Source of the DNA: Escherichia coli
GTDB lineage: Bacteria > Pseudomonadota > Gammaproteobacteria > Enterobacterales > Enterobacteriaceae
NCBI RefSeq assembly: GCF_024223415.1
Contig: NZ_CP100500.1
Reading direction: 5' to 3' (one strand)
DNA: 64,000 bases
The translations under genes and the position numbers were made by a program. The notes beneath the pieces were generated by a model, which saw nothing but the letters and a program-made list of their open reading frames with translations, was not told the DNA's origin and did no database searches. Of this stretch, positions 59,776 through 64,000 are shown in pieces (position 1 is the stretch's first letter; the number at the start of each line of letters is the position of its first letter).

Positions 59776-62700
59776 ATGAAAAAGTTACGCGTAGCCGCCT
59801 GCATGCTAATGCTGGCGCTGGCAGGGTGCGACAACAACGATAACGCGCCAACAGCGGTGAAAAAAGATGCGCCTTCTGAAGTTACTAAAGCGGCCTCTTC
59901 AGAAAACGCGAGTTCAGCAAAACTCTCCGCGCCAGAGCGACAAAAACTGGCCCAACAGAGTGCCGGTAAGGCGCTGACATTGCTGGATCTCTCTGAAGTC
60001 CAACTTGATGGTGCAGCCACGCTGGTGCTGACGTTCTCCATCCCTCTCGACCCGGATCAGGATTTCTCACGCGTTATTCATGTCGTCGATAAAAAAAGCG
60101 GCAAAGTGGATGGTGCCTGGGAGCTATCAGATAATCTTAAAGAGCTGCGTTTACGCCACCTCGAACCGAAACGTGATTTGATCGTTACAATTGGCAAGGA
60201 GGTCAAAGCACTCAACAACGCAACCTTCAGTAAAGATTACGAAAAAACTATAACTACCCGCGACATCCAACCCAGTGTCGGTTTTGCCAGCCGTGGTTCG
60301 CTGCTGCCTGGTAAAGTCGTTGAAGGGCTGCCGGTAATGGCGCTCAACGTTAATAATGTCGATGTTAACTTCTTCCGCGTTAAGCCAGAATCTCTGCCAG
60401 CATTCATTAGCCAATGGGAATACCGCAATTCGCTGGCGAACTGGCAGTCAGACAAACTGCTGCAGATGGCGGATCTGGTCTACACCGGACGGTTTGATCT
60501 CAATCCTGCGCGTAACACCCGTGAAAAATTATTGCTGCCGCTGGGCGATATCAAACCGCTTCAGCAGGCGGGCGTGTATCTGGCTGTGATGAATCAGGCT
60601 GGACGTTACGATTACAGTAATCCCGCGACGCTGTTTACGTTAAGTGATATCGGCGTTTCAGCTCACCGTTATCACAATCGTCTGGATATCTTTACCCAAA
60701 GTCTGGAAAACGGCGCGGCCCAGCAAGGAATTGAAGTCTCTTTATTAAATGAGAAAGGGCAGACTCTGACTCAGGCAACCAGTGACGCTCAGGGGCATGT
60801 GCAGCTGGAAAATGATAAAAACGCCGCATTACTGCTGGCACGTAAAGACGGTCAGACAACGCTACTCGATTTAAAACTTCCGGCGCTGGACTTAGCAGAA
60901 TTTAACATTGCTGGCGCGCCAGGCTATAGCAAACAGTTTTTCATGTTTGGCCCGCGCGATCTTTATCGCCCGGGTGAAACGGTAATCCTCAATGGTTTGC
61001 TGCGTGATGCAGACGGTAAAGCGTTGCCCAATCAACCCATCAAGTTAGACGTGATTAAACCCGATGGGCAGGTACTCAGGAGCGTCGTTAGTCAGCCGGA
61101 AAATGGCCTCTACCACTTTACCTGGCCACTCGATAGCAATGCGGCAACCGGTATGTGGCATATCCGAGCCAACACTGGGGATAACCAATATCGGATGTGG
61201 GATTTCCACGTCGAAGATTTTATGCCGGAGCGCATGGCGTTGAATCTGACCGGCGAGAAAACGCCATTAACGCCAAAAGATGAAGTGAAATTCTCGGTGG
61301 TGGGGTACTACCTGTACGGTGCACCTGCTAATGGTAATACCTTGCAGGGACAGCTTTTCCTGCGGCCGCTGCGTGAAGCGGTTTCTGCATTGCCTGGTTT
61401 TGAATTCGGCGATATTGCTGCCGAAAACCTTTCCCGCACGCTGGATGAAGTTCAGTTGACGCTGGATGATAAAGGGCGCGGCGAAGTTTCTACAGAAAGC
61501 CAGTGGAAGGAAACGCATTCCCCTTTGCAGGTTATTTTCCAGGGTAGTTTGCTGGAATCGGGCGGTCGCCCAGTGACGCGCCGCGCTGAGCAGGCTATCT
61601 GGCCTGCCGATGCATTGCCGGGGCTCCGTCCGCAGTTCGCCTCGAAATCGGTTTACGATTATCGCACTGACAGCACGGTGAAACAGCCCATTGTTGATGA
61701 AGGCAGTAACGCCGCTTTTGACATCGTTTATAGCGATGCGCAAGGCGTGAAAAAAGCCGTGTCGGGCTTGCAGGTGCGCCTGATTCGCGAACGCCGCGAT
61801 TACTACTGGAACTGGTCAGAAGATGAAGGCTGGCAATCACAGTTTGATCAAAAAGATCTGATTGAAAATGAACAAACTCTGGATCTGAAAGCGGACGAAA
61901 CTGGCAAGGTCAGTTTCCCGGTAGAGTGGGGCGCTTATCGTCTGGAAGTCAAAGCGCCGAATGAAGCGGTCAGTAGTGTGCGTTTCTGGGCTGGCTATAG
62001 CTGGCAGGACAACAGCGACGGGAGCGGTGCCGTGCGACCCGACCGTGTCACGCTGAAACTAGATAAAGCCAGTTATCGCCCTGGCGATACCATTAAGTTG
62101 CATATTGCCGCGCCAACGGCGGGTAAAGGTTATGCGATGGTCGAGTCCAGTGAAGGGCCGCTGTGGTGGCAAGAGATTGATGTTCCGGCTCAAGGGCTGG
62201 ATCTGACGATTCCGGTCGATAAAACCTGGAATCGTCATGATCTTTACTTGAGTACGCTGGTGGTACGTCCTGGCGATAAATCTCGCTCCGCGACGCCAAA
62301 ACGCGCGGTTGGTGTGTTGCATCTGCCGCTTGGTGATGAAAACCGTCGCCTCGATCTGGCGCTGGAAACACCAGCAAAAATGCGTCCCAATCAACCATTA
62401 ACCGTGAAAATTAAAGCCAGCACTAAAAATGGCGAGAAGCCTAAACAGGTGAATGTGCTGGTGTCTGCCGTTGATAGTGGTGTGCTGAATATTACTGACT
62501 ACGTTACGCCAGATCCGTGGCAGGCGTTCTTTGGTCAGAAACGCTATGGCGCAGACATTTACGATATTTACGGTCAGGTTATTGAAGGTCAGGGGCGTCT
62601 GGCAGCTCTGCGTTTCGGTGGCGATGGTGATGAGCTGAAACGTGGTGGTAAACCGCCGGTCAATCACGTCAATATTGTCGCGCAGCAGGCGCTGCCGGTA

Positions 62701-64000
62701 ACGCTCAACGAACAGGGCGAAGGCTCGGTTACACTGCCGATTGGCGATTTTAACGGTGAATTGCGCGTCATGGCGCAAGCCTGGACGGCAGATGAATTCG
62801 GTAGCAACGAAAGCAAAGTGATAGTTGCCGCACCGGTGATTGCTGAACTGAACATACCGCGCTTTATGGCGAGTGGTGATACCTCGCGTCTGACGCTGGA
62901 TATCACTAATCTTACCGATAAACCGCAAAAACTGAACGTTGCCCTGACCGCCAGTGGTTTGCTTGAACTGGTCAGCGATTCACCCGCAGCCGTTGAATTA
63001 GCGCCAGGTGTGCGTACTACGCTGTTTATCCCGGTGCGAGCATTGCCGGGTTATGACGATGGAGAAATTCAGGCCACCATTAGCGGGTTAGCGTTACCGG
63101 GTGAAACCGTTGCCGATCAGCATAAGCAGTGGAAAATCGGCGTCCGTCCGGCGTTCCCGGCACAAACGGTTAATTACGGTACGGCGTTGCAGCCTGGTGA
63201 GACATGGGCGATTCCGGCGGATGGATTGCAAAACTTCTCGCCTGTTACGCTGGAAGGGCAATTGTTGTTGAGCGGCAAACCACCGCTGAACATCGCACGT
63301 TATATCAAAGAGTTAAAAGCGTATCCGTACGGCTGTCTTGAGCAAACCGCCAGCGGCCTGTTCCCGTCACTTTATACCAACGCAGCCCAACTGCAGGCGT
63401 TGGGCATCAAAGGCGACAGTGATGAGAAACGCCGTGCATCGGTCGATATCGGCATTTCCCGTTTGCTGCAAATGCAACGTGATAACGGCGGCTTTGCGCT
63501 GTGGGATAAAAACGGTGACGAAGAGTACTGGCTGACGGCTTACGTGATGGATTTCCTGGTCCGCGCAGGCGAACAGGGTTACAGCGTGCCGACAGACGCC
63601 ATTAACCGGGGTAATGAGCGTCTGCTGCGCTATTTACAAGATCCGGGCATGATGTCGATCCCGTACGCGGATAATCTCAAAGCCAGTAAATTCGCCGTAC
63701 AGTCTTACGCTGCGCTGGTGTTAGCCCGTCAGCAAAAGGCTCCGCTGGGTGCGCTGCGTGAAATCTGGGAGCATCGTGCAGATGCCGCTTCTGGTTTACC
63801 GCTGCTGCAACTTGGCGTTGCGCTGAAAACCATGGGTGATGCGACGCGTGGTGAAGAAGCGATTGCGCTGGCGCTGAAAACGCCGAGAAATAGTGATGAG
63901 CGGATATGGCTGGGTGATTACGGTAGTCCACTGCGCGACAACGCGTTAATGCTCTCCTTGCTGGAAGAAAATAAACTGCTACCCGATGAGCAGTACACTT
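59776..64000 (+). CDS. yfhM: Alpha-2-macroglobulin-family lipoprotein YfhM (ECAM), 5' part; 3' end outside window
   Basis: ATG 59776; lipobox LAGC; frame open to the window end (about 1408 codons); thioester motif CLEQ at GCLEQTASG. Absent from the ORF track because there is no stop in the window. Confidence 0.9.
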   Translation, partial: MKKLRVAACMLMLALAGCDNNDNAPTAVKKDAPSEVTKAASSENASSAKLSAPERQKLAQQSAGKALTLLDLSEVQLDGAATLVLTFSIPLDPDQDFSRVIHVVDKKSGKVDGAWELSDNLKELRLRHLEPKRDLIVTIGKEVKALNNATFSKDYEKTITTRDIQPSVGFASRGSLLPGKVVEGLPVMALNVNNVDVNFFRVKPESLPAFISQWEYRNSLANWQSDKLLQMADLVYTGRFDLNPARNTREKLLLPLGDIKPLQQAGVYLAVMNQAGRYDYSNPATLFTLSDIGVSAHRYHNRLDIFTQSLENGAAQQGIEVSLLNEKGQTLTQATSDAQGHVQLENDKNAALLLARKDGQTTLLDLKLPALDLAEFNIAGAPGYSKQFFMFGPRDLYRPGETVILNGLLRDADGKALPNQPIKLDVIKPDGQVLRSVVSQPENGLYHFTWPLDSNAATGMWHIRANTGDNQYRMWDFHVEDFMPERMALNLTGEKTPLTPKDEVKFSVVGYYLYGAPANGNTLQGQLFLRPLREAVSALPGFEFGDIAAENLSRTLDEVQLTLDDKGRGEVSTESQWKETHSPLQVIFQGSLLESGGRPVTRRAEQAIWPADALPGLRPQFASKSVYDYRTDSTVKQPIVDEGSNAAFDIVYSDAQGVKKAVSGLQVRLIRERRDYYWNWSEDEGWQSQFDQKDLIENEQTLDLKADETGKVSFPVEWGAYRLEVKAPNEAVSSVRFWAGYSWQDNSDGSGAVRPDRVTLKLDKASYRPGDTIKLHIAAPTAGKGYAMVESSEGPLWWQEIDVPAQGLDLTIPVDKTWNRHDLYLSTLVVRPGDKSRSATPKRAVGVLHLPLGDENRRLDLALETPAKMRPNQPLTVKIKASTKNGEKPKQVNVLVSAVDSGVLNITDYVTPDPWQAFFGQKRYGADIYDIYGQVIEGQGRLAALRFGGDGDELKRGGKPPVNHVNIVAQQALPVTLNEQGEGSVTLPIGDFNGELRVMAQAWTADEFGSNESKVIVAAPVIAELNIPRFMASGDTSRLTLDITNLTDKPQKLNVALTASGLLELVSDSPAAVELAPGVRTTLFIPVRALPGYDDGEIQATISGLALPGETVADQHKQWKIGVRPAFPAQTVNYGTALQPGETWAIPADGLQNFSPVTLEGQLLLSGKPPLNIARYIKELKAYPYGCLEQTASGLFPSLYTNAAQLQALGIKGDSDEKRRASVDIGISRLLQMQRDNGGFALWDKNGDEEYWLTAYVMDFLVRAGEQGYSVPTDAINRGNERLLRYLQDPGMMSIPYADNLKASKFAVQSYAALVLARQQKAPLGALREIWEHRADAASGLPLLQLGVALKTMGDATRGEEAIALALKTPRNSDERIWLGDYGSPLRDNALMLSLLEENKLLPDEQYT

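Overview
E. coli chromosomal window, in reverse orientation relative to K-12 MG1655 as I recall its gene order. Positions 1 to about 12950 are the right arm of a lambda-like prophage: the end of tail tape measure H, then M, L, K, I and J, then a J-coupled pair of unknown ORFs, a small lipoprotein, a collagen-repeat side tail fiber, a tail fiber assembly gene, an Eib/YadA-family trimeric autotransporter, a LuxR-type regulator and a DinI-like gene behind tandem LexA boxes. The prophage abuts the 3' end of yfhH; from about 13185 onward the window is core genome syntenic with K-12 (yfhH to yfhM, including purL, glmY, glyA, the yph and hca clusters, and the isc operon). No integrase, tRNA, rRNA or CRISPR array was found. 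The most interesting region is the post-J cargo (6216-12950): the J-coupled module with lipoprotein, and the Eib-like adhesin with its adjacent regulator and SOS-controlled dinI. yphB appears frameshifted at a poly-A tract. All protein identities rest on reading the translated ORFs and on remembered family and K-12 sequences; no database search was run.
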